NCBI RefSeq assembly: GCF_009914755.1
Contig: NC_060934.1
Direction: 5' to 3' (one strand)
From: the human T2T-CHM13v2.0 reference genome, Homo sapiens
Length of the DNA stretch: 64,000 nucleotides
The notes beneath the pieces are model-generated. The model did no database searches and had not been told where the DNA came from. It saw only the letters and a program-made list of their open reading frames with translations. Below are positions 15,585 through 27,541 of the stretch, in pieces; the stretch's first letter is position 1; every line of letters starts with the position of its first letter. A program made the translations under genes and the position numbers.

Positions 15585-16452
15585 GTAAGGCCCTAGTGAG
15601 GACAGCGTTGATTTGAGAACCAATGAGTAAATGCAGACAGCGGCCAACCTCCTTTCCCACCAGAAACCTGGGGGTCCATGACAGCTCATCCCAGCCAGGC
15701 CCTTGTGGAACCAACAGAGGATGGCTTAGCTCCAGGCCAAGTCATAGGCCATGGACCAGGCCCAGCTCTCCTGGGGCAATTGGACCCCAAGAGGCTCTGC
15801 CTAAGACTGGGTCTTGCTGCATTCTGCCAGGGGCAGGCTTGTGTGGGGGCATGTTGTCCAGGAGCCCATGATAGCTTTCATATGTGAGGCTCCTTGTAGG
15901 AACAAAACAATTACCAACCTCTTGGCCCTATTGATGAGGGCACTAAGAATCTCTGTTCACAGCCTCCCCAAAACAATGGTGGCCCACAGGCCCACAATGA
16001 TTTCTAGCTCTTGTAGAGACCCAGACAAATTGGGCATCTGGCTGTATGGGAGGGGAAGGCTGTACACATGGCTGTGGCTATGCTGCTGGAAAGATAGCGC
16101 TTGATCCAGGACAGATAACGGTCCTCTAGAAGCCCCCCACTCTCATCAAGTGAGCATCTGTCCTCGGGGCAGCTCCTTCTTCAGGCAAAGAGAAGGGACT
16201 GATTTAGGTTCTGCTCATTCTCCTCTCCTTGCTGCCCTGGTGCCCCTGGGACCATGGACCCTTGGAATAATGCCCAAACCCCTGGTCCCCAAGGCCAGGG
16301 AGAAAGCAGCACCTGCCCCCAAACCTGGGCTTAGGGCTTGAGCCACTAGGGCTTCCCAAGGAAGACATTTGCAAATGCCTAGATCCGAGAAGTCAGATGA
16401 CTAAGAAAGGAATCCAAGAAGACAGGCCATCAACTTAGAGATTTATGGACTA

Positions 16453-16849
16453 TGTTGAAATGAACTGAATTGTGTCCCCCTAAAATTCATATGTTGGTGC
16501 CCTAACTCCTGTATGATGGTATTTGGAGATGGGACCTTTGGAAGTTACTTAGGTTTAGATGAAGTCGTGAGACAGGTTTAGATGAAGTATTGAGAATGGG
16601 GCCCTCATGATGGGATGAGTGCCTTTATAAGAACAGACACCAGGAGGTTACTCTCTGCCTCCCTCTCTCCCCTGCCCCATCATGTGAGGGCACAGTGAGA
16701 AGCCAGGAAGAGGGTCCTCATCAGAACCTGACACCGTGGCACCCTAATTAATCCTCAGGCTTCTAACATCTAGAATTGTGAGAAAAATGTCTACTCTTTG
16801 AGTTGCCCAGTCTATGGTATTTTGTTATGGCAGCCTGAGCAGGAAAAGA
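16453..16849 (+). mobile_element. MLT1A-type MaLR solo LTR
   Basis: actgaattgtgtccccctaaaattcatatgttg...ctatggtattttgttatggcagcc; internal 23-bp duplication containing aggtttagatgaagt. Confidence 0.85.
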
Positions 16850-17899
16850 CACTGGTGCTCATAAACAGAAAACAGAGGTTCCAACACAACAAACAGGGCA
16901 AAAGAAAGCAGGACCTGAAAACAATGAGAGTCAGACATGGGGCGACAAGGCAGACCCGCTGAGTGTGCAGCGTGGATAGTTCAAGGCAAAGCTCATGGAG
17001 CCAGACTCCAGCCCCAACATCTCCATTGGAAATGTTAGAATTCTTCTGCCAGCCCTGGCTGCCAGAGTCCTCAAGGGGCAGCTCCTCTGGACAAGAAGGA
17101 TCCCAATAGCCACTCTTGGTAAAACAGCATTCAATTTGCAATACTGACTAGGTACCAATATATGCCAGGAGCCATGCCAGGCATTGGGGTACAGCTGTGA
17201 ATAAGACCAGCCTAATCTCTGTCCTCACAGAGCTTCCCACATAGCAGGAATTATAGATATTACAGTAGAAATTACAGATGCACTAAGCATTGCAGAAAAC
17301 TTCTGTTAGTGAATAGAATTTGAAAAATAGACATCAGACTTAGCAGCTATCCAACCCTAGGCTCACAAGAGGTAACAAAAGGCTATTTTGAAAAAGCTTG
17401 GGAATCCTTCATAACGGAGACTGCATGGTGGTAATTTACCCTAGATGTCCTCCAAGCTGCTCAATAATCCATTTCGATTTTATCATCCATGAACATCTAA
17501 ATCCCTCCTGAACTTTACCTCTTTACTGTTCCATTCTATTTTACCATTGCTGACTTAACACTTATCTTGAATTCATTCACGGAGTCTCAAGCTTTTTCTT
17601 TCTATGAGGGGGAGTTCTTATCCCATCAATGTATTCTCTCCCAGAACGTGCTCCTTTCCCTTCAGCACTTAGTCCTGGACTTTTCCCAGCCCAATTATGT
17701 CATTCCTGAGATGGATGCTCATAAATGCCAGCAACCCTAGTTTTGTTGCCAGTGCCCATTGCCAGGATCTGCCCACGTATTCCCTCTGGCCAAGAGCAAC
17801 CCCTTCTCTGCCTGCCCCTGCAGGCCGAGGAAGGCCACGGCCCCAGTGCCTGCCCCTTTGCAGAATGGACCCTTCTCATTCACAGCATCTTACTTGTGC

Positions 17900-18140
17900 C
17901 CAGGTTTTGTAGCTTGCAGAGTTCTTTCATAGACAATTTCTCATTTGATACAAAAATCTTGAGAAGCAGGCAAGGTAGACATGAGTTTTCTCATGATTTA
18001 AAAAATAGAAGTTCAAAATTAATTAATTTATTAAATAAGTTGCCCAATGTCATAAAACTAGTAGTGGCAGATGCAGGAATTCAACTTGGGTCTCCTGAGT
18101 TGTACCTGCCCAACCACCCCCTTTCTTTAAACCCAAGGCT
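17900..18140 (-). mobile_element. MIR relic
   Basis: aagttgcccaatgtcataaaactagtagtggcagatgcaggaattcaac. Confidence 0.65.
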
Positions 18141-18599
18141 GCATGCTCTATCTCTTAATATCTGCCGCAGATCTCTTCCTTGTCTTGGTGCAAACCTTGG
18201 ATTCAGAACACTGGAAGCTCCAGGTAAATAGCACTTCCTCCAGAGTCTCAGTCCCTGGGACCCACACCTGGGAGGCTGACCTTCCCCCACACTCTTCTCT
18301 ACCTGGCCCCTCGCTTCCCAAGGGGGCAAGGGTGATCAGGCCATTTCTAACTCGCTACTGTTCCTCTGAATGGTGGCATCTCAGTGTTAAGTCCCAATTT
18401 CTGCCCAGCACTAAGCCATGCTTCTAACAATGCTCAATAAATGTTTGGCAAATTGATAGAAAATCTGCTGTCTGCGTATTTTCTGACTCACTGCCTCACA
18501 TTGCCCTCTGACTCATGTATTCTTTAAGACTTGATTTTAGGCCAAATTTCTGACAAGCAATACCAACTCTTCCAATTTAGAGACTCCAATATGACCTAT

Positions 18600-19170
18600 T
18601 TCTTGCTATAATCAGCATTCTTTTCAAAGGGTACTTATGTGTGCACCAAATACTGGAACCCCCGCTTTATCCAATAGTGTGATCAAGGCTATGATGGAGC
18701 TAAAGGGATCCAAAGCTGCTTAATCCAAATGGATTGAGGGTGGAAGAGAAGAAAGATGGGGCAGGTAGGCTTCCAAGAAGAAAGTGCCTGAGTCGGTTCT
18801 TAAAAGTGAGTAGAACTAACCAAGATGGAGGAGAGGGGAGAACATTCTAGGTAGGAAATGTGGCACATGAAAAGACACAGAGTGTTAGAGATGATGGTGT
18901 GTTGAGGAACTACGAGTTCCTCACAGTTGAGCATGGCTGGAGGGCAGGTGGGGATAGGATGGAGAAGCGAGGTCTGGAGAAGGGCATGGACCAGGTAAGG
19001 AAAGGCCATGTGGGCCATGCTGAGGTGATCAGACTTCACATTGAAGGAGATGGGCAGCCCTTGCAGAATGTTAATGTGATAGAATCAGATTTGTGCAAAC
19101 ACTCTGGCTGCATAAGAACAGATCATACGGGAGCCAAATCTATTGAGAGCGTGCTGCTTTAACCTGCATA
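18600..19170 (-). mobile_element. L2 relic
   Basis: ggcttccaagaagaaagtg...gaacattctaggtagg...ggccatgtgggccatgctgagg. Confidence 0.65.
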
Positions 19171-19371
19171 AGAAATAACTAACAGAAAATCAAATGATGT
19201 ACAGAAGCTTAGAATGTCAATGCTGAAAGGGGCCTTGCAGATGGGTCATCTTATCCAAATGCTCCATTTTAGAAATGAAGTAAGGTGGTCAGAGAGGGAG
19301 GCCAAGAATTAAGTGCTACTCTGCTGCCATAAATGCCCCTACCTGGCCCATTTATTAGTCCTCTCTCCCAT

Positions 19372-19799
19372 CCATGGATTTGCTTGCTAGGGCTGCCACA
19401 ACAAAATACCACAGACTGAGTGCCTTAACCAACAGAAATTTATTTTCTCATAATTCTGGAGGCTAGAAGTCCAAGATCAAGGTTTTGGCAGGTTTAGCTT
19501 CTTCTGAACCCTCTCTCCTCGTCCTGAGAATTGGCTGCCTTCCAGTTGTGTGCTCACATGGTCATCCTTTGGCTGTGTGGGTCTGTTTTCTAATCCCCTC
19601 TTCTTATAAGTGCACCAGTCATATTGCATTAGGGCCCATCCTAAAAACCTGGTTCTAACTCTACTCTTCTAATTCTTCTAATGATTCTAACTCTTTAAAG
19701 GCCTTATCTCCAAGTACAGTCATATTCTGAGCTACTGAGGGTTAGAGCTTCAACATATTAATCAGGAGACGGGGAACAGAGTTCAGCCCCTGAATAACA
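19372..19799 (-). mobile_element. MLT1 (A/B/C-type) solo LTR
   Basis: gctagggctgccacaacaaaataccacagactg...ttctggaggctagaagtccaagatcaagg...gttcagcccc. Confidence 0.85.
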
Positions 19800-20413
19800 G
19801 GAAAGTGTATTCACAGGTGCACAGGGCAGAGGAACATGACTCTAGCCATTTGGGAGTTAAAGGATGAATTCTCAAGCAGAAAGAGGAAGCAATGGTAATC
19901 CAGGCAGAGGGAAGAAATGAGCAGCGTCCCTCCTGGAACATTGATCATATGACAAATTTCCTTGGGTCACTGAACACACATCGAGGGCAGAACCTCACAT
20001 CCAAGCTGATATCAACCCACTGTGCTCCTGCCCTGTCACACAACACAGTTTGCAAGACACCTCCTCAACGGGTCACCTTTAGCTTATTATTTACCACACA
20101 GCCAGGGGAAACCAGAAGTGGGGCCTCTTCCAGGTCACTAAGGAATGTGCTGTCTCATCATAGCGCTGACCCATGAGAGAGTCCCACCACTAAATTAGCA
20201 CTCTGTGACTGTCCCCCTTGCTGGAATACTCTGCAGTCATTATGCTGTGATAATCCCAAATCACAGAAATGCTCACAATACAGTGTTAAATGAAGAGACA
20301 CAATTCAAAGGTACATTATAACTTTCATGCTGTCAAAGAAAGGACTGGGAAACATTTCAAGAAGATGTCAATAACAATGGTTTATGAGAGTAATATGTAG
20401 TTTTCCAAATTTT

Positions 20414-21832
20414 TTTATTACACTTTAAGTTCTGGGATACATGTGTAGAATGTGCAGGTTTGTTACATAGGTATACACGTGCCATGGTTGTTTGCTGCAC
20501 TCATCAACCCATCATCTACATTAGGTATTTCTCCTAATGCTATCCCTCCCCTAGGCCCCCATCCCCCAACAGGCCTCAGTGTATGATGTTCCCCATCCCT
20601 GTGTCCATGTGTTCTCATTGTTCAACTCCCACTTATGAGTGAGAACATGTGGTGTTTGGTTTTCTGTTCCTGTTTTAGTATGCTGAGAATGATGGTTTCT
20701 AGCTTCATCCATGTCCCTGCAAAGGACATGAACTCATCCTTTTTTATGGCTGCATATATTCCATGGTGTATATGTGCCACATTTTCTTTATCCAGTCTAT
20801 CATTGATGGACATTTGAGTTGGTTCCAAGTCTTTGCTATTGTGAATAGTGCTGCAATAAACAATTGTGTGCATGTGTCTTTATAGTAGAATGATTTATAA
20901 TCCTTTGGGTATACGCCCAGTAATGGGATGGCTGGGTCAAACAGTATTTCTGGATCTAGATCCTTGAGGAATCGCCACACTGTCTTCCACAGTGTTTGAA
21001 CTAATTTACACTCCCACCAATAGTGTAAAAGCATTCCTATTTCTCCACATTCTCTTCAGCATCTGTTGTTTCCTGACTTTTAAACGATCGCCATTCTAAC
21101 TGGCGTGAGGTGGTATCTCATTGTGGTTTTGATTTATATTTCTCTAATGACCAGTGAAGATAAGCCATTTTTCATATGTTTGTTGGCTGCATAAATGTCT
21201 TCTTTTGAAAAGTGTCTGTTCATATCCTTCACTTATTTTTTGATGGGGTTTTTTTTCTTGCAAATTTGTTTAAGTTCCTTGTAGATTCTAGATATTAGCC
21301 CTTCGTCAGATGTATAGATTGTAAAAATTTTCTCCCATTCTGTAGGTTGCCTGTTCACTCTGATGATAGTTTCTTTTGCTGTGCAGAAGCTCTTTAGTTT
21401 AATTAGATCCCATTTGTCAATTTTGACTTTTGTTGTCATTGCTTTTGGTGTTTTAGTCATGAACTCTTTGCCCATGCCTATGTCCTGAACTAGGTTTTCT
21501 TCTAGGGTTTTTATGGTTTTAGGTCTTACTTTTAAGTCTTCAATCCATCTTGAGTTAATTTTTGTATAAGGTGTAAGGAAGGGGTCCAGTTTCAGTTTTC
21601 TGCATATGGCTAGCCAGTTTTCCCAGCACCATTTATTAAATAGGGAATCCTTTCCCCATTGTTTGTTTTTGTCAGGTTTATCAAAGATTTGTTTATCAAA
21701 GATTTGTCAAAAAGGTTTGTTTTGTCAGGTTTGTCAAAGGTTGTAGATGTGTGGCGTTATTTCTGAGGCTTCTGTTCTGTTCCATTGGTCTATATGTCTG
21801 TTTTGGTACCAGTACCATGCTGATTTGGTTAC
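20414..21832 (-). mobile_element. 5'-truncated L1PA (L1PA7/8-like), 1.4 kb
   Basis: Antisense 3'UTR and ORF2 C-terminal peptides (DPAIPLLG; [13 protein letters not shown]); TSD tagttttccaaatttt (20398-20413) / tagtttttcaaatttt (21833-21848). Confidence 0.92.
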
Positions 21833-22999
21833 TAGTTTTTCAAATTTTAATAAAATGATTTGGAAAAATATATGCTTAACAAAATTTGCAAACCTCTATC
21901 TGCAACAGAGTCACTTTTTTGCCCTACCCTTTGTTTCCTAGTACAGTGAAACCCTGGGTATTTTAACTCTAATGAGATTCGCTACCACGACAAAACATGT
22001 CCTCTATTCCATAATTATCAAGTTAAAAAAAAACCACCAGTTGCTGACTTTTAAAACTAGAATTCAAGGCAAGTTTTATAATATTCATTTTTGTTTACCT
22101 ATCTATAAAATAAACTTATTCTAGACTATTAAAAAAAGAGACAAGCACATAGAAAAAAAGAAAATCACCTAACTTGCTACTTTACCTATGAATAAATCAT
22201 AGACATTTCCCCATATCATTATTATTCTTACACATCATTGTTATTACTGTGTATTATTCTATTGTATAGATATATCTTAATATATTTAATGAAGTCTCTT
22301 TTGATGTAGATATAGGTGAATTTTTTTCTTTCAGTCAGAAATTAGACTGTAATGAAATGGAATGAGAAAGCATAAACCCATTTTTTTATAGGATAAATTT
22401 CTAGCAGTGAAAATGCAGTTAAACACATTGAAGATTTAGGATATATATTGCCTAATTATCTTCCAGAAATGTTGTACCTTCCAGAATTACTGTGAAAATA
22501 ATTTACCAGCCCATAATTGCCATGATTTCTCTGGAACTTCCTAATAGATATGAATTATGTTGCTAATTCACTAGTTATCTGGTAGTCTTTTGTAATTATA
22601 GGGTTCATATTTTAGTCAACAGTTCCCCAATTTTATCTCCAGGAACAGCTAGGTAGATGCCATATGCTCAAATGATTTATTTACATCTAAATCGTCCTTA
22701 TGTTCGAGAACACTTTTTGTGCATATCACCATTAGCCCTACTCCATCTGGGTTGACAGTTACCAAAGTCAAAGTGTCCAGCCTCTTTTCTGAGGTGCCAT
22801 TGCTAGAGTGTGTCAGAGGCACTAGACAATAATCATGTGTGAAAACACAACACTGAAAGGAAGGAAAATAAAGGTTAAGGCTTTAAAAAATATTAATAAT
22901 CATAAGGAATCAGCCTAAAATGTAGTACTATCTTTATTAACTAATTAGGAAGCAGTAGGTTTATTTCAGTAATAAGAAAATGTCTTCAGTGTTTGGAAC

Positions 23000-23400
23000 A
23001 TATATTAATCAGGGTCCACTCAGGAAAATGGAGCCCACGCCAGGTGGTTCCATGGAGGTAAGTTACTTTAGAGAACCAGTTAAAAATGTTTTGGAAAAGT
23101 TGAGAGGCCAAACAAAGGAAAATGAGATAATTCAGGGATTCACAACAGCAGGAGGTTGCTACAACCATATTATCAAAATCCAGAAGCCAGGGCAACAGGA
23201 CAGAAACTAGAAACTCAAGACACCCTCTGAATCAGAGAAATAGGAAATGGAATACCCTGATTTCTCTTTTTCTATTTTTCTCCAACTTCCCCACTGGGTT
23301 CCCCATGGATAAAACATAGACAGAAGCCAGTTGGCAAAGAAGCTTAGGAAATGCAGTGTACAGGGCAGCCCTCTTGGAATTTAGAGCAGAAGAGAGGAAG
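23000..23400 (-). mobile_element. ERVL LTR relic (LTR33-like)
   Basis: attaatcagggtccactcaggaaa...cagaagccagttggcaaagaagcttaggaaatgcag. Confidence 0.55.
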
Positions 23401-23402
23401 TA

Positions 23403-23462
23403 TTAGGTTGGTGCAAAAGTAATTGAGGTTTTTGCCATTGCTTTTAATGGCAAAAAACGCAA
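23403..23462. mobile_element. MADE1 (Hsmar1 mariner MITE), right end truncated
   Basis: ta|ttaggttggtgcaaaagtaattgaggtttttgccattgcttttaatggcaaaaaacgcaa. Confidence 0.9.
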
Positions 23463-24249
23463 GAGTTCAAAGCTGCTCAGCCAAGAGCTAGAATTTGCCA
23501 TGAGGAGAGCACTCCTTCTCAGCTCATGGAAGAGAGCCCAGTACCTTGGTCTCTCCAGATATTCAAATTTCTTATCCTTAAACTCTAGTCTTCCCATGAA
23601 TGGGTCCCCCACACCAGACCCAAGCCCACTTGAACTTCCCACTCTTAATCTCAGTTTGCACTTTGACCAATGGTACTCACATTTCATCAACGGTACTGAC
23701 ATTTCATCATCTTTGTCCTTGGAGGCCAATCCAGATGCTGAGCAGCTTTGAACTCTGTGTGTCTCTTCAAAGGCTCTGGACTCTGTGCCCATGTCCAAAC
23801 CTCTGACCTTTGCCTAACCCCAGGGATCTGTCTTCACTCCCCTATTGCAGCAGTTCTTTCCTCACAAAATCAATGGAACCAGAAATAGAAGTCTGAGTGC
23901 ATTAAAGTTATAATAGTAGCTAATGTCATGACTAAAACTCATGTATATCTATCAAATATAGGATGGAATAAGGAGAGGAGGCAGAATGATATGAGCAAAA
24001 TCCTCATCTGATGCAGGAGGTTAACAGATAACATTTAAAACTGATAAATCAAGATGGAGATATATGTGTATATTAATTAGGATCTGGAAGTAAGTGACAG
24101 AACTAAAACCAGAAACAATTAAAAAGAAATAAGACAATCACCTTTGGGCATTGATGCTGCCAGAAAAAAGGATGGAACAAGGGTCTGTTGTATTTTATTA
24201 TAAGTCCTCCATATTCTTTTTTTTTAATCATCATAGATTCTGTGCTCAG

Positions 24250-24590
24250 TTTTTACACTCGCAGATCCCTCTACCTGGAATACTCTGCTCAGATATCTGC
24301 ATGATTCATTCTCTCAGTTCTTCCTTTGGGTCTTTGCCCAAATATCACCTACTTAGTGGGGCCTTTCTTGAGCAGTCTATTTAAAATAGCAAATTCTCCC
24401 TCTGCTTTATTTCTCTAGATATCACTTATCATATTTTAACATCTATAAAATTTCCTTATTCATTTTAGTTCTTTTCTGTCCAGCTCAATTACAGAGTAAT
24501 CTTCACGAGGTCAGGGGTTTTGTCTGTTTTCTTCACTGGTAAATGCCCAGTAGCTGAGCAATGACTGGCACTATTAACTGACTGTGTGAA
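24250..24590 (+). mobile_element. L2a 3' end
   Basis: ccctctacctggaatactct...caaatatcacct...ggggttttgtctgttttcttcactg...actggcac. Confidence 0.75.
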
Positions 24591-25233
24591 CAAATGGCAC
24601 GTGTAAATTACTAGGTGCAAAAGATTGTAATGACCAACAAATGTTTTCAAAAAACTCTCACTTCTTTTTGCTTGTTTGTTTTGTTGTTTTACTTTGAGGT
24701 CATTCTTGGAGGATTAACTGTGCCTGAAGTTTTCTAAGTGGATTACTCTTGTGTCCCTTTTTGTCATTCAGAGATTCCTTTCAGTTCATCCTGATGAAGC
24801 ATCAGGCTGGTCAAGTGCAAGGAACTGATGTGAGTGGGGAAAAGGAAAAGAGGTTTCCTGGTGGCACACTTTCTTACCCGTGAGGATACACTTTTCCCAA
24901 AAGGGTATAATCCAAGAAAGGAATGAGGTCAAGCTCCAGAGTAATGACATAATCAAAAGAGCATAATGAGTGTTGGGTCTTATTTGTTTGTTTCCTTAAA
25001 CATTTCAATTATTTAAGTCTTAAAAACTAAACAATTAAAGGTTAGACAGCCTTGTTGACGTATGGGTCTTTTAGATAAGGGAGTCTAAAAACTGCACCTT
25101 TCAAAGACCTTATTAAGTCCATTGTAGTCAATGTGCTCTTAGCCCATTTCTTTTGAAAATACAAGTAATTCCTCATATCAGAATCCAGATAGTAGCAGCA
25201 TCAAAAACAGGCCCTCTCTTCTGTCCCCTTCAG

Positions 25234-25257
25234 AAGACTTCACCTTCTACTTTCCTG
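25234..25257 (+). other. Candidate 24-nt microexon (host transcript unknown)
   Basis: ccctctcttctgtccccttcAG | aagacttcaccttctactttcctg | GTGAGT; splice signals only. Confidence 0.25.
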
Positions 25258-25337
25258 GTGAGTCCTCTCACTACCGTGATTAAGTTGAGTAGAGGAGCCT
25301 GGAGTGCAGAGTTGACACACCAGTCTGGGTTCAAGAC

Positions 25338-25383
25338 TGTGACAGTTAATTTTACGTGTCAGCTTGACTGGCCATGGGGTGCT
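25338..25383 (+). mobile_element. MLT2 LTR 5' stub
   Basis: tgtgacagttaattttacgtgtcagcttgactggccatggggtgc matches the MLT2 start, then stops. Confidence 0.7.
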
Positions 25384-26547
25384 GCCTTTTATGTATTTTA
25401 TCATTTTAAACATATTTTTATAGTATCCTTTAGCTCACTGATCTCAAATATGTGGGTTACTCATTCCATTTGGTCTGTTAACTCTCCCTCTGGGAGTATT
25501 TCTTCCTTATGGGTTTGTATTTTTTACTGTGAGCATATTTCCAGGAGGGATTTGGTCAGGGGGCAAGTGGGAGGTAGGTAGGAGGGACCTGTGTTACAGA
25601 AGAGTTGCTACAGAGAGGTTTGGTATTTGCTTCCACAAGTTGCACTGGGTTGTTACCTATGTTTATGTTATTTCTTAGCTTGAGAATTCTAGGACTACTT
25701 GGGTAAATATAAATGTGAATTCCGCTCACACAAGACACAAGCTGGGTCTCTGATTTCTCTAAGGCGGAGAGATGTTTTGGATCACTTCCCTGAGTAAGCA
25801 AACAAACTGCTTCTAGTTCTATTTTACCTACAGTGCAGCCATTTAAGTGTTCTAGCTCTCAGAACTAGTTTCCTGTCTTACAAGGGTCCAAGCCCACACC
25901 TCCTGTCCTCAAATGAAAACAGACATTCAATCCCTAGCTACTAGTCTCATGGGTCTACTTCCAGATTCATATCTTCCTGAGCCACTGTGGCATCGGCTCA
26001 TGAAGTTACACAGCTGGCTTCACATTTCCTCATTGCTTTTTGCACCAAGAGAGTTCTCTCACTTTGTTGTAAGTTTAAAATTTAAATTTTTTGTTGTAAT
26101 ACTTTGTCTTATATTTATATGTGTTGGAAGTGATGAAAGAAGATAATATGGTGGTATTTCAGTCAGCCATGTCACCAGAACCCAGGATAAATTTTTTAAA
26201 TATATTTTCCTATATGGAAAACATACATTATCTTGGCAAAATTCTTATTCTTATTTTTTCATTTCCCAAATTATTGTGGTTTATTTCCTCAGGTGAAATT
26301 CCTTTGTTAAGAGTAAGTACTAGATCCCAAATTGGGCACATGCTATACAATTTTATAAGCTATCTCTTTGTATATGGCTTTTATCCTGAAATATTAGACC
26401 ATTACCATTTCCTGTATCATTAACAATGTATCAAAAAACTAATACTTATGACCTGCATTTTATTACACTGCAGTATCATCATTTATTTAGCAGTCCCTCT
26501 ACATTAAACATGGTTATATTTTTCAGTGTTTCATATAAATAATACTA

Positions 26548-26589
26548 TTTGGCTGGTGCAAAACCGCAATTACTTTTGTACCAAACTAA
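26548..26589. mobile_element. MADE1 with internal deletion
   Basis: tttggctggtgcaaaa|ccgcaattacttttgtaccaaactaa: both termini joined at a GCAAAA microhomology. Confidence 0.8.
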
Positions 26590-27379
26590 TATGATTATCT
26601 TCACACTTAAATATTTATCTACACTTTTTAATTGTTTTCTTAAGACATATTCATAGCAATGTCTTTACTGGAGATTGCATTAACTCATTTAAGCCATTGA
26701 ATGTACTACATGGCAAATGATTGTTTAAATTGTATCACTGCCAAGAACCTAACCAGCTAATGTGCTAGCAGGAAGAGAATGATTAGCAATTACCCTCCAG
26801 TAAACCACAATGTCATAAGATTATTGTTTGTTTTACTAAAAGTTGTCACATGATTACAGGTCATTAGGAGCCAATGATAATGAAAACCCTATACGGGTTT
26901 CATAAGTGTGTTTAAATTTCACAAGCTTTGTATATTCCACCAAAAAGCCAAATGCTTGCAAATGTTCTCCCAATCTTACTTCTCAAAGACTGCTCTTCAT
27001 TTTCCTCCCCTCATTTCTGAATGTCTTCAAAGACCCATATCAAATGCTGTTTCTTTCAGGAACTCACCTATCCAGGAGAATAAAACATAAGTCTCACCTC
27101 TCCTCTGTTCCCCCAGCACTTACAGTACTCTTACGATGTTGAATAGAAACACTCTCTGCTGTCTTACAGTAGTCATGCTGACACTCAACTATATGCTTTG
27201 AGGACAGACTCTTGGTCTGATCCATCTTCACATTCCCCAAAACACCTAGAACTCTAACTCTCTCTTCAGCATAGAAAGGACTCTTTTAGTTCTTTTAGAC
27301 TTTAATGCACAAATGGTAACACTCCTAACTACACAAATCAATTTCATTAACAACTAACCAACAATATATATTTATACTA

Positions 27380-27541
<162 letters not shown>

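Noticed and set aside
23403-23798. 131-aa ATG-initiated minus-strand ORF
   Set aside because: It ends inside MADE1, crosses a rearrangement scar and resembles no protein family I know; likely a chance ORF.
24770-24850. CTGATGA followed by GAAA, suggesting a hammerhead ribozyme
   Set aside because: No stem I can form before CUGAUGA and stem II does not abut GAAA; the local palindrome sequesters the core.
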